From NCBI GenBank assembly GCA_043228905.1, contig JBHGNT010000020.1:3410001-3474000 (forward strand): a stretch of DNA of 64,000 bases, given 5' to 3'. Position numbers and translations under genes: made by a program. Position 1 is the first letter of the stretch, and the number at the start of each line of letters is the position of its first letter. Below the pieces are notes generated by a model. That model searched no databases and was not told the origin of the DNA. It saw only the letters and a program-made list of their open reading frames with translations. Shown here piece by piece: positions 52,048 to 63,845 of this stretch. The stretch is from Azolla caroliniana (Eukaryota; Plantae; Polypodiophyta).

Positions 52048-55000
52048 GTCCAGCCAAAATAGGAGCCGTTTGGTTGGACAGCCCTAGATCTGTGCAGCTC
52101 ATTAGTGGTTCCATTCCCTCTAAGCAAGTTAGTGATGTATTCGTAGCCCAAGTAATAGTTAGTACTAAAAGTACCCCTCCAGTACATGTCCTAGCACTCC
52201 TAGATTCCAGAGCTAACTCTTGCTTTATGGATAAGAAATTTTCTCAAGCTCATAAGATATCCCTAAGAAAACTCCAGTGTCCAGCCTCTGTAGTAGTCAT
52301 TGATGGACGTCCCATTGCTTCCGGAAATATCCTAGAAGAGTCAGAGCCCATTAATATTGTCCTAGATAACTTAGCATGTGTAGTATCATTTAATATTATT
52401 AGTATCCCAGAACATCCTATAGTTTTAGGACTACCGTGGTTCGAGTTACATAACCTTGCCATAGATTGGAGAACAAGAGAAATCCGGTGTCGACAAACCC
52501 AAGGGTCAACTCAGAAGATGGCAACCATTTCGCTACGTCAGTTGCGTAAAGAAGGGCACAAGGAGGAAATGTTCCTCTTTGCAATATCAGTAAACCCCTC
52601 CAACACCACTAAAGAAGAATCCACCGTTCAACTTCCCGAGAAGTATCGTCATTACGCTGATGTGTTCGATAAAGTACAAGCCAACACACTTCCTCATCAT
52701 CGACCGTACGATTGCCCCATCGATTTACAACCGGGAAAAGAGCCGCCATGGGGACCGATCTACAATTTGTCACCAACCGAGCTGGAAGTCCTTCGGGCCT
52801 ATATAGAGGAGAATTTGGAAAATGGTTTCATTCGGCATTCGAAATCTCCAGCCGGTGCGCCCATTTTCTTCGTCAAGAAAAAAGATGGATCGCTTCGTCT
52901 CGTCGTAGATTACCGTGGCTTAAATAAGGTTACAATCAGGAATAGGTATGCTCTTCCCCTTATCTCAAGTCTTTTAGAACGGATCAATGGTGCCAGGTTC
53001 TTCACGAAGATCGACTTACGGGGAGCATATAACCTCGTACGGATCCGACCAGGAGACGAATGGAAGACCGCGTTTCGCACCAGATATGGGCACTTCGAGT
53101 ATACTGTCATGCCGTTCGGCCTCACTAATGCGCCGGCAGTCTTCCAGCACATGGCTAATGATATATTCCGAGATCTATTGGATGATTGTTTGATCATCTA
53201 TTTGGATGATCTACTGGTTTATTCAAAGACCCAAGAAGAACATGATTCTCATGTACTATTAGTACTAAAACGACTTCGAGAACATGGTCTGTATGCAAAG
53301 CTAGAAAAATGTAGTTTCGGGTGCAACCAAGTGGAATTTCTCGGCTATATCATTTCGTCAGAAGGCATCTCCATGGACCCAACTAAGGTCAAAATGGTGG
53401 TAGAATGGCAGACTCCGCGTTCGGTACGGGATGTGCAATGCTTCTTAGGCTTTGCCAATTTTTACTGGAAGTTCATACAAGATTAGTCAAAGATCGTTCT
53501 ACCTCTCACACAACTTACCAGGAAGGGACAACCGTTCATCTGGTCTGAAGAAACGGACATGGATTTCGAGAGTCTTAAAAAAGCATTTACATCGGCTCCA
53601 ATTCTAGCTCATGTCGATCCGGAGAAACCATTCATTATCGAAGCTGACGCATCGGATTTTGCATTGGGGAGCATTCGGTCACAACAGGGGAATGATGAAA
53701 AGCTACATCCTGTGGCTTTTCACTCACGCAAGTTTGATGCCGCCGAAATCAACTACGAAATTCATGATAAGGAGCTATTGGCAATAGTGGATTCTTTTAT
53801 GCAATGGAGGCATTTTCTGGAGGGATCCTCTCATCCAGTCACCGTATTTAGTGACCACAAGAATCTTGCCTACTTTCAGGATGCTCGTGTGCTGAATCGA
53901 CGTCAAGCTCGGTGGGCCCACTTCCTCACGCGTTTCGACTTCAAAATTACATATCGTCCGGGGAGGCACCAAGGGAAGGCAGATGCATTATCACGGCGTT
54001 CGTATCTAGCACCCCGTCCTGGCAAGCCAGCTTTCGATAACCAAAAACAAGTCATCTTGGGACCGGCACGACTACAAGCAACACAAATCTTTGACATGCC
54101 TATGGATTCCCGCGTTATCGATACCATACGTGAAGACTTGAAGACAGATGCGTTCGCCCAAGCTATACTAGCACAAATTGATCCCTCTCGAGCGTCGTGT
54201 TCACAGTCGCAACCACCAGGTACGGACTATCGACAATTCAAATACCATGATGGATTACTCTTCTTTAAAGAACTTTTGTATGTTCCTAATGGTTCTTGCC
54301 GCCTTCGAGTAGTACAAAACTGTCATGACACATATACAGTTGGGCATTTTGGCAGTACTAAAACATTACATTTAGTACAACGATCATTCTGGTGGCCCTG
54401 TATGCGACAATTTGTCGAGGATTTTGTTCGGACTTGTGATACATGTTGCAGAGCGAAAATGCCAAGGCATCATCCATATGGTTTATTAGAACCATTACCA
54501 ATTCCAAGCAAGCCGTGGCAATCCATTGCTCTAGACTTCATCACAGATCTTCCAGTCTCTAAGGGGTTCAATGCAATTCTAACGGTGGTCGATCGATATA
54601 CGAAGATGGCTCATTTCTTGCCATGTACTAAGGAGATCTCTAGTGAAGACACTGCCGAAATTGTCATGCGTGAAGTATGTCGGCATCATGGACTCCCCGA
54701 TAGTATCATCAGCGACCGTGGACTCCAGTTCGTGTCAAAATTCTGGAAGCACCTTTTTAACATGCTCAAGGTCACTTGTAACCTCTCTTCCGGCTACCAC
54801 CCACAAACTGACGGCCAAGGTGAACGAACAAATCAAACGTTGGAGCAGTATCTACGGTGCTTTCTCAGCTATCATCAGGACGACTGGGCAGATATTCTCC
54901 ACTTCGCCGAATTTGCCTATAACAACTCTATCCACGCATCCACTAAAGTTACGCCATTTTATGCTTATACGGGATGTCACCCCCGGTGGAGTGTACTTGA

Positions 55001-55631
55001 AACCCCAGAGGTGTCCACAAATCCGTGCGCGGAGGATCGTTTGAAGCGGTTACGCAAGATACAAGCGGATTTATCTACTCATCTCCAGCAAGCTCAACAA
55101 ACACACAAGGTCTACGCGGATCGTCATCGACTTCCATCTAGTTTTAATATTGGAGATTGGGTGTGGCTGCTACGACGACACATCAAGACTACTCGCCCAT
55201 GTCAGAAGTTGGATTATCGGTGATTAGGTCCTTTCCGTATTATTGGAAAGATTAATGATGTCGATTTTCGTCTCTATCTACCTCCTCAACTTCGGATACA
55301 TCCGGTGTTTCATAGTTCTCTCTTCGAACCCTACCACGAGAGCACCATCCCAGAACGTCTTATCCAACCTCCACCCCCGATCGAGCTTGAAGATGGGCCG
55401 GAGTACGAGGTTGCCGCCATCCTTGATTCCAAGATTGTTCGCAACAAGCTCTACTATCTAGTCGATTGGCTAGGCTATAGTCCCAGCGAACGTACTTGGG
55501 AACCGATCGAGAATGTAACCAATGCTCGTGCTCTTCTTGAAGACTTCCATCGTCAATATCCACACAAACCGGGTCCTCAATCCAAGACGACTCGTGACGC
55601 TCGTCGTTTTAAAGGGGGGATAGTGTCATGA
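52048..55631 (+). pseudogene. pol: Copy B pol: PR-RT-RNaseH-INT-chromodomain, with stops at 53484 and 55221
   Basis: ORFs 52074-53486, 53559-55223 and 55305-55631. Motifs YLDD, ADASD, GHFG...CDTC, SDRG; chromodomain EYEVAAILDSK...YLVDWLGY...TWEP. Confidence 0.95.
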
Positions 55632-55921
55632 TATGGCAAGACTCGAACCCATGACCTTAGGTTATATGGGTCGAGCTCTTGACCATTAGACCATCTATTG
55701 TAATACGTAGGATATTATTTTCATTTACATTTTATTATAGGAAATTAGTGTATATTCCAGATTTCTCTGGAACATTCTAGAAGCTTCAGGATTACTCCTG
55801 AAAACACTATAAAAGAGGGCACTAGGCATTATGTTGAACCAAATTGGTTCAACGCCAGTCTTAAGCCTTTTAGCCGCCGTTGTATATTCTCTTCATATAA
55901 TAAATATCTTTCTTATCATCA

Positions 55922-55953
<32 letters not shown>

Positions 55954-56060
55954 GTCTCACTCACTTCTCCCTTCTCTCGAAGAAGTTCACACCTCTCGTA
56001 GTACTACTCCTTCGTTTAGTACTGATTCCTTCTCTGTCTCAGTACTGTCATGACACAAGG

Positions 56061-56460
56061 TAGGAATTTGTGTATTGCGTGGAACGTAGTGGCTTAGAGC
56101 GTGTTCACTAAAGGCGTAAAACTGGAGACGGCTACAACCAAGCTCCTAATGTGCGTAACCACGCAACACGTATTCACCTTACACGCTTACGCTTATACAA
56201 TCCCATAGAGACAACAGAGACGAGACAAGAGATAAGAGACAGAAATCAGAGAAGACAGAAACTATATTAAACGACTGTGCTCAGAATTGCGCCAGCTCTT
56301 TACAATGTTCATATGCCCTTTATATACACAGGGCCTAGTCGGTTACGCTTCCCGCGTGAACCCTTAGATGCGTTACTTCAACGCTTCTATTATAATTAAT
56401 ATGCTTCTTTATCATGCGTTATTTACGTTTGTCCTCTTATGGTGGACAACACCTAACACG
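56061..56460 (-). mobile_element. LTR-like sequence (host of copy B), related to the 6190-7386 LTR
   Basis: Minus-strand TATATAAAGGGCAT followed by a CT-rich tract. Boundaries uncertain. Confidence 0.45.
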
Positions 56461-58210
56461 TTTGTGGGACAGTGCCTTGGCACGTCGGACCCCTCCTCCC
56501 TTTACTCGTCTTCCAAAATATCGAGGATATTTTGCTCTGGCCACTCATCGTTACTTGTCGTGATTGGGGCGCCTTAACGTGGTTGGGCTCGTCATTTTGT
56601 GGTTCAACCGGCGCTTCCGCCTGTAGTCTCTCCGTGGGTGGTTCCGACCGTATCTCTTCTTGTACTACTTCCTCCGTAGTGATTGTCATGGCTGGGATTG
56701 TGTTGTTGGGTACGGTTGTCGTAGTAACCTCTGGAGTGCCTACCTTTTTGGTCGGGGTCTCGTTCTGCTCCACGGAGTCACTATCCTGTGGGATTGTGTT
56801 GTTGGGTACGGTCGTCGTAATCACCTCCGGAGTGCCTGCATGTTCAGTCGGGATCTCATCCTGCTCCGCAGAGTCACTATCCTATAAGGTGATGGCTTTG
56901 CCTTCTTCATCTCTTCCATCCTTTGATGTTCACTTTCGATGTCACATAGATGGCGGAACACTTCTTCTTGACTTTTACCGAAGTCTTCCAAAAGTTGTGC
57001 CATTTCTTTAGTGTGATGATTGGCCAATGTTTGGTAATCCTGCATAAGTTCTTCGCGCACTGTAGCGATGCTTTCTTCGCTTAGTTTATAGAAACCTTTC
57101 CCCTCCTTACGCCGACTTTCCCAGCTTGCTCTATAAGCGTGGAGTTCCGCTGCCTGCCCTGCCCATCCGGCCCATCCTTTATCTAATGCGGCTTGTAGTT
57201 GGGCCGTAAACCGTTCATGCTTTGTTTGGAGGAGGGTGCGTATATGATCCATGCTCCAAGTCGTGCGGGCCTGTAAGTCCTCCAGAGCCTTCTTGAGGTT
57301 CTCAATTTTCCACTTGTTGGTCACCGCTGCTTCTTCATAATGCGTCTTCATTTGGGGCCATATTTTCGACTCCTTGTCATGGAGCTCCTCTACTCGGCCC
57401 ATCTCGTTGTTGAGGCGAATTTCGACATCCCGATGGAGTTGGCGCTCGTTGTCGATTTGTTCGTCATACCACTCGCGCTTTTTCTGGGCCGCTTCTCGTA
57501 ATGCCAAAATGATGTTATCTTTTCTGGTTCCTTCTTCGTGAAGCTTGTCCCTCTCTCCTTTGTTCGGCCATGTGATGCTATTTCGATGTTGAGCTTGTCC
57601 TGAATCATCTTAGCCGCCTTGCATCCTTTTTCTTGGATGTCCCCCTCTCTGTCTGACCATTGCCAGAGTTTTGATCGAAGGCGGTCAATCTCCTTTTCGG
57701 CTAGTTGTGTAGCCTTTTTAGCCTTTGCCACCATTTCTACTTGAACCTCTACCTCCTCCCGTAGAGTCGTCACTTTGGTGTCGTGGGAGGTAGTACTCGG
57801 AGGGTGTTGCATAGTAGTCGCGTTATTCTCCAATTGTGTGATGCACTCCTATGCCTTATTTAATTGGTCTTGGGTTATTTTGACGGTTTTCCACACATTT
57901 TTATTCTTAATCGCCAGGTCTTTGGCGCCCAGACTGACCCTTTTCAACTCCCTATGGACCTCCACTAAGGTAGCAGTTAGTAGAGGGAGTTCGATTCTGA
58001 CACAGAGGACCTCCGTGTTGCGCTTCCTACCAACTTTTGCTAGTGGTTCTTCATCCTCACAGTCCACCGTCTGTGTTAGTGCATGCTCAATCATTTGTTG
58101 TTAGGCATGCTCCTCGACCATTCGCTGGGACACTTTTATCTGTTGTGTCACAAGGAATTACATAAGTTCGTATGTCGTACCAAATTGCAACAATGTGTTG
58201 AACTCATGGG
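56453..58210 (-). pseudogene. Retroelement accessory coiled-coil ORF, frameshifted, with a 90-bp internal repeat near the C-terminus
   Basis: Abutting ORFs 57849-58094, 57390-57833, 56821-57507 and 56453-56824, rich in E/K/Q/R. TTTVPNNTIP is repeated. Confidence 0.6.
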
Positions 58211-59323
58211 CCGTTGTCGCGTTGTTACGCGCGTGCGTGGAGAAAGGCGGGACCACGGGGGTCTTGGACGAGAGAGTGATGGAGCGTAGGGATTCGTGCT
58301 TCACTGTTTCTAGGGCATCCCAGAAACACACCGGAAGCAACCGAAGGGAGAGAGAGAGAGAGAGAGAGGGAGAGAGGGAGAGCGTGCTTAACACCGACTC
58401 TCGCACACGCACACGCACACGCACACGCACACGCAGCTCAACCCGACTCACGCCTTATGTACAGAAAACCCAGGAGAGGGTAAACACCTGACGCCAACAA
58501 CGACGCGAATATACACAGACAAACATAAACGTATATGTATGTATATATATATGAAGAATACATTCCCGGCTTCGAGCCGGACTGAGGTAGGTTACAGTAG
58601 TCGTCTGCTGCCAAGCCGCCGTCGGGGAGCTCTCAGCTCGTCGCGCCGAGCGGGGTCTTGCACAAGAGGCCTAACCAAAGCAAACCCTAAGCAAAACACG
58701 AAGGAGAGAGAAGAAGAACCTAACTCTAAACCTAACGGTATACCCTCTAATGCAAAATGGGCAACCCTTTTAAAAAGGGCGTTCCCTTCCTTTTATAGAA
58801 CAAGGAAAGGGAGGCATTACAATGCGGGACAAATCCCGACTTACATGGGATCACGACCCACGACCGGATCACGCTCCACCCGTATCGGAATGCCGATCTC
58901 CACGTGTCGTGTCCGTCCTCGGCCTTCCCACATGCCGTCTCCCATCCGTATTCGCTGGCATCATGCCAGGACTCCTCGGTACCGCCATCCATCTCCTCGG
59001 TCTTATATGGGCATACGGGCCCGAATGCCGAGTTCTCCTGAATTGGGTCCGTGGGCTTTTGTCCGCTCCTTCCCCGTATCGTCTCGCCGGTGATTCTTGG
59101 CCTTTCGCCGCCGCCTTCCTCCGCTTGGGACTCACGTGGGCACTCGGGCCCGACTGCCATCGCCTCGGGAGTAAGTGTGGGAAGACACAAAGAATCGCCC
59201 GTCCGTTTTACGCCCTTGTCCGTAGCCACCGGCTCTCCGTGGTCAGCGGTCGTCTTCTTACCGATCGCGCAAGCCCTGTCTGGGCTTGCTTCTCCAATGA
59301 CTGGGATCTCGCCCTGTTTCACA

Positions 59324-62300
59324 TCACAATGCATGTGAGCTAAGTCGCATGGAAGCAATGGTTCGAATGGCAGATAACGGTATGGGCTCTAACATGTATG
59401 GATGTGTACGATTTCCCCGTTCCGCAAAGAATATGGTTTTGTAGTTAGGTGCAACATGTGTAGTATAATGTGTGAAGCGTGAGCCTCCACATTTGTCCCA
59501 TGTCATGATACATTGGCGTTGCAAAAATGCCTCATTTACAGAGGAATCTAATGATGCATCATGAAGCAAGTGTCTCGCATCCCATCTACCAAACCATTTT
59601 TCTGTATCTTGCATCCAACCGGAACACAAAATTTTGCTTTTATGCGTCTTTTGGATCTTTTTGCTTGCTTCCCACGCAATTCTAGGAAGTCGATGTGAGG
59701 GACTTTTTTGAACCTTAAGCATGTATTCAACAACCCTTTCCATGGCCATGATCTCAATGGGAAGCGATCCCATCTCAAGGAGGAGGAGGGTGTAGGGCGT
59801 TTGTTTCTTAACTTGTAGAAACTTGGTAAGAAAATGCTTTTGGACATTTTCAAACTCTTTCCACATAGACTTAGGGATGCTACCGCCCCATACTTCCACC
59901 CCATAGAGAAGAACTGGTGTCACCAAAGTGTCAAAAAGATATTTCTTGAGGACCCAACACTTAATATCTCCAAGATTGCATGTGTTCTCAAATGCATAGT
60001 ATGCTCGTTTGCCCGCCTCTAAGCGGCGTGTAGCACATTCATTCCATCTATGATTTGAAGGAACTTCAAGGCCAAGATATTTGAAGCTTTCCACACATTC
60101 AAGTGGCTCATTGTTGTACATAATGCATGGTTTATCTCTTTTTTGGCTCTTCACAAGCATAATCTTTGTTTTAGAGCTATTGACACTTAATTTAGTATGC
60201 ATGCAAAATTTTTCCAATGCCTTCGTAAGCTTTTGTGCATCTCCTAAAGTATTTGCAAAAAGCACTACGTCATCTGCATATAGCAAAAGCATAATCACAA
60301 CATTCCCAATGGCAACTTCTTCAACACATTCTTCCTTTGCAAACTTGGTAACCATTTCTTCCAATTCATCAATGCATAGACCAAATAGTGTTGGTGAGAG
60401 TGGGCATCCTTGCTTAACACCAATAGTGCTTTTGAAAAAATCTGAAAGTTTATCTCTCATGCGCACACAACATATCACCTTCTCATAAATTCGGGAAATT
60501 GCAAGCATATATTCACTTGGCACCTCAAGTTCTTCCATTCGCCTCCAAAGATGCTCACGAGGTACCATATCAAAAGGTTTCTTGAAGTCTACAAAGCAAC
60601 AATATAAACCTTTACCTCTAAGGCGACTTTCCTCCATTAATACTCGAAGGGTGATAAGGTGATCAATGGTGCTATGGTGTTTCCGAAAGCCAGCTTGTCC
60701 ATAAGCTCTCTTACCACTTTTTTCAGCCCATACACTTATCTTTGATTCCATTATACATCCAAATAGTTTTGCCATTAATGAGCCAACCATGATGGTTCGA
60801 TAGTTGTTTACATTATTTATATCTCCACCTTTATGTAAAGGTTTGATCCAATTTGTAGTCCAATCGTACGGCATACCATGTTGCAATGCATCATTAAACA
60901 TATCGCTTATCCATATATGTGCTTCCTTTCCCGTCCATTTGAGCATTTCAGCCTTTATACATTGAAGATCGCTTGCCTTTCGAGAGGCCAATTTCTTAAG
61001 TCCTATGCATATATCTTCAATTGTAAAGAAGGAAGGCATATGTGAAAGAGAACCATAACACATCATCTTTCCGGCAAGAGATAACTCATATAAATTCTTA
61101 CAATGCATAGACAAGTCGTGAAGAGTTAAGTCACCATAACTCTCAACACGTTTTCCCTTTAGATTTCCCCAAAATTTAGCACATGCATGTGCTTTCTCTT
61201 GCGTTTGGATAAATTGTTGAGTAACTTCCCATATTCTTCTCTTTCTTTGAATAAGCCTTTTATACTCATGCAAATGCTTTTGGTAATTCTCTTTATCCTT
61301 AACTACATCCAAAACCATAAGGCACTTTCGAGCTTCACGACATTCTTTATCAAACCATTTTTTCCTAAGTTTCTTGGTGCATTTCCAAGATGTGCGGTTG
61401 GTCGAAAAACATTTGTTTGTACATGAGAGAATGACTTTCTTGAAAGCTTCCCATTTGCATTCTAGTGTGGCACCATGTTGTATCTTTGTCATTTGTAACA
61501 TATCCTCAACCATCTTGGAATACATGGGTGCTCGATTAAGGTTCATGCTCAAGTGCGGTTGTTTATTATCTTCAATAGCCTTCTCACAATCAAACCTATG
61601 CATACATTTGAGATCAATACATAAAGGCCTATGATCTGATTCCAGTGTCCATTCACCAAGTGAGAATTTATGTATACGATCCAAAATACCTTCGGAAAGT
61701 AGCACATAATCAATCACACTATTTCCGTTGTATTTTCTACATGTAAAACCATTAGTGTTGGGCCATAAGGAAATACCATTTGCAATAAGCAATCCGGTAC
61801 TATTGCACATTTGTAGGAGTAACTTCCCAAATTGGTCCGGATCTTTTTCATCGCTAGAAGAGCGGTTATACATTTGCATATCCTCTTGCATCCTTGAGAT
61901 ATGTGGCATGAAAGATTCTTGTGAATCAAGTTGGAAACTTCTTGTACGAGCATTCATGTCACCAAAGACAATAACTTCCCCTTTGGATTTGAAATAAGCA
62001 ATATCATCTTCTAGATTGGCAAACGGTTGATCTTTATCCAAACAAGCATAAAAGTTAGAATCTTGATGAGGAATGTAACATCCAACAACAAAAGTGGGCA
62101 AATCATTAGGTGTTTCTATTTTGAGCCATATGTAGCATTTATTTTCATCATTTTTTATGATTGACACATATTTCTCTGTTTCCTTCTTAATCAAACATGC
62201 CACCCCTCCTTGTCCTCTTCTTTGTCTTGGATTTTTCTTCCATATCAAAGAGTGTACATTATAGTTTCCTAAACCTTGAATCCTTTGAGTATCATGCTCC

Positions 62301-62431
62301 CATGTTTCAACAAGAAGTGTGATATCCGAGTCATTGGTGAACTCCTCTATGCCAAATCCCGCATTCCATGGGTATCCATTGCAATTCCAAAAGCATAGTC
62401 GTAAAAGGCGTGGGTTAGTCTCATAGATCAC
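59324..62431 (-). CDS. LINE ORF2: APE endonuclease and reverse transcriptase (1035 aa), C-terminus separated by the inversion
   Basis: WNCNG, LVETW, GDMNAR, IDY, SDHRP (APE). QAGFR, FVDFKK, GVKQGCPLSP, LYADD, FKYLG (RT). Confidence 0.93.
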   Translation of the reverse strand: MIYETNPRLLRLCFWNCNGYPWNAGFGIEEFTNDSDITLLVETWEHDTQRIQGLGNYNVHSLIWKKNPRQRRGQGGVACLIKKETEKYVSIIKNDENKCYIWLKIETPNDLPTFVVGCYIPHQDSNFYACLDKDQPFANLEDDIAYFKSKGEVIVFGDMNARTRSFQLDSQESFMPHISRMQEDMQMYNRSSSDEKDPDQFGKLLLQMCNSTGLLIANGISLWPNTNGFTCRKYNGNSVIDYVLLSEGILDRIHKFSLGEWTLESDHRPLCIDLKCMHRFDCEKAIEDNKQPHLSMNLNRAPMYSKMVEDMLQMTKIQHGATLECKWEAFKKVILSCTNKCFSTNRTSWKCTKKLRKKWFDKECREARKCLMVLDVVKDKENYQKHLHEYKRLIQRKRRIWEVTQQFIQTQEKAHACAKFWGNLKGKRVESYGDLTLHDLSMHCKNLYELSLAGKMMCYGSLSHMPSFFTIEDICIGLKKLASRKASDLQCIKAEMLKWTGKEAHIWISDMFNDALQHGMPYDWTTNWIKPLHKGGDINNVNNYRTIMVGSLMAKLFGCIMESKISVWAEKSGKRAYGQAGFRKHHSTIDHLITLRVLMEESRLRGKGLYCCFVDFKKPFDMVPREHLWRRMEELEVPSEYMLAISRIYEKVICCVRMRDKLSDFFKSTIGVKQGCPLSPTLFGLCIDELEEMVTKFAKEECVEEVAIGNVVIMLLLYADDVVLFANTLGDAQKLTKALEKFCMHTKLSVNSSKTKIMLVKSQKRDKPCIMYNNEPLECVESFKYLGLEVPSNHRWNECATRRLEAGKRAYYAFENTCNLGDIKCWVLKKYLFDTLVTPVLLYGVEVWGGSIPKSMWKEFENVQKHFLTKFLQVKKQTPYTLLLLEMGSLPIEIMAMERVVEYMLKVQKSPSHRLPRIAWEASKKIQKTHKSKILCSGWMQDTEKWFGRWDARHLLHDASLDSSVNEAFLQRQCIMTWDKCGGSRFTHYTTHVAPNYKTIFFAERGNRTHPYMLEPIPLSAIRTIASMRLSSHAL

Positions 62432-62437
62432 GTGTCC

Positions 62438-63307
62438 CTATTTGCCTACATTTCCATCTTTAGGCACATCCTTAACCTTGTTTTTCAATCTTTCTTCATA
62501 TGCTTTACGACGAGCATTTTGTTGTGAGATAGTACGATCTTCACTCACAAAGCATTGTGTACCTTTGAGGTATACCCAACTATTTTCGAGTATGATCCGC
62601 CGCTTTGTATCATCTGTCATTGTGCATACAATAGGCCTTTCTCCGGAGCGAGTAACACCATGTTTCCCAACTCGGTGTGCCCCATATACATTCACATCTG
62701 ACATCCCATAATGCATGCTAAAAAATTCACCAATGGCCTTTCCAAGGGATGCGGGTGTTTCCATACTCTCTTCTTTAATCCCACGGACGACAATGTTCTT
62801 TGATCGTCGTTCGCGTTCTTTCAATTCTCGGACATCTATGCTTTCTATATTCTTCTCTTGATGCATCACATGCATATTATATGAGTTTGATAACACATCC
62901 CCACCACATACATCGGCCCATGACTTCGTTGTACATACATTTTTCATCTCACTTACATCCCGCCTCATTGTATCCAATTTTTCTTCTTTTAATGCTTCCT
63001 TTAACTCAATCTTGTTAAGGCGCTCATTTGTTTCAAATGAAGCTCTTTTACATTCTTGAATCTCTTCTTGAAGTTTTGCAACCACTTGTTTAAGACTTTC
63101 ATTCTCAATGACAACACTTTGGAGCTTAGTATTCTCTTTCATTAACATCCTAATCTCTTCACCTTGCTTGTTTATGGTTTCTTGAAGAGAAATCAAGTGA
63201 CTCATAAGCATTTTGTCCATTGCATTAGAATCGAGATTTGTTGGTGATCTCGGCTCATTATCAATCATACCCCCAAACTTTGCGGCGGTTTTACGAGTAT
63301 TTGCCAT
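62438..63307 (-). CDS. LINE ORF1: coiled coil plus Transposase_22/RRM-like region (289 aa)
   Basis: N-terminal heptads; RERRSKNIVVRGIKE, AHRVGK, RPIV, FVSEDRT motifs. Confidence 0.88.
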   Translation of the reverse strand: MANTRKTAAKFGGMIDNEPRSPTNLDSNAMDKMLMSHLISLQETINKQGEEIRMLMKENTKLQSVVIENESLKQVVAKLQEEIQECKRASFETNERLNKIELKEALKEEKLDTMRRDVSEMKNVCTTKSWADVCGGDVLSNSYNMHVMHQEKNIESIDVRELKERERRSKNIVVRGIKEESMETPASLGKAIGEFFSMHYGMSDVNVYGAHRVGKHGVTRSGERPIVCTMTDDTKRRIILENSWVYLKGTQCFVSEDRTISQQNARRKAYEERLKNKVKDVPKDGNVGK

Positions 63308-63596
63308 TGTAGGGACAAACCGTACGGGAAAAGAGAGACAAAGAGGGAAGGAGAGAGAATGTACCTTTCACTCGATTTAGGGCTTCAAAATCTACCTTCC
63401 GTTTGAGGAACCGTGGGGCAAAGATGGCTGCGGATGAAAATGCTCATAACTTCTCGCCACGGTAACGGAATTCAGTAAATGAACATTCTTTAGAAAGCTC
63501 TCTCAAAGAGCTTTCCAACGAGCTATAGAACGTAGAAAACGATGGCCGAAGTGAACTTACAGAGAGCTTTGAAAGAGAGAGAGAGAGAGAGAGAGG

Positions 63597-63845
63597 GGTA
63601 CAAGTGATGAGAGTGGTCGGCTATGCACACTTTGCCCTAAACAAGTTCGCGAGTCTGAGTATCACACTTTGATACAATGCTCTGCCTTTGACCATATTCG
63701 ACCATGCTTTCCACATCTCTTCGATCGAGCCCAATCTTTGCATGAATTCCTCTCACAACCACAATGTGCACTCTCGATTGCAACATTCATTGGTAAAGTT
63801 CTTGAACATCGAGAGTCACTACTCACTTTCACACGTATCACGTGA
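63597..63845 (+). pseudogene. Detached C-terminal 82 codons of LINE ORF2 with a CCHC zinc finger
   Basis: GTSDESGRLCTLCPKQVRESEYHTLIQCSAF...TRIT*. Absent from the ORF track because it has no start codon. Confidence 0.88.

Larger units (their letters stand above)
50385..56055 (+). mobile_element. Chromovirus copy B (Tcn1/sushi-like Gypsy), full length, recent but defective
   Basis: LTRs 50385-50822 and 55624-56055, TSD CAAGG, PPT AAAGGGGGGATAG. Confidence 0.97.

Noticed and set aside
58539-59358. Overlapping 170-200 aa ORFs
   Set aside because: They fall in GC-rich LTR sequence and have no recognisable domains.
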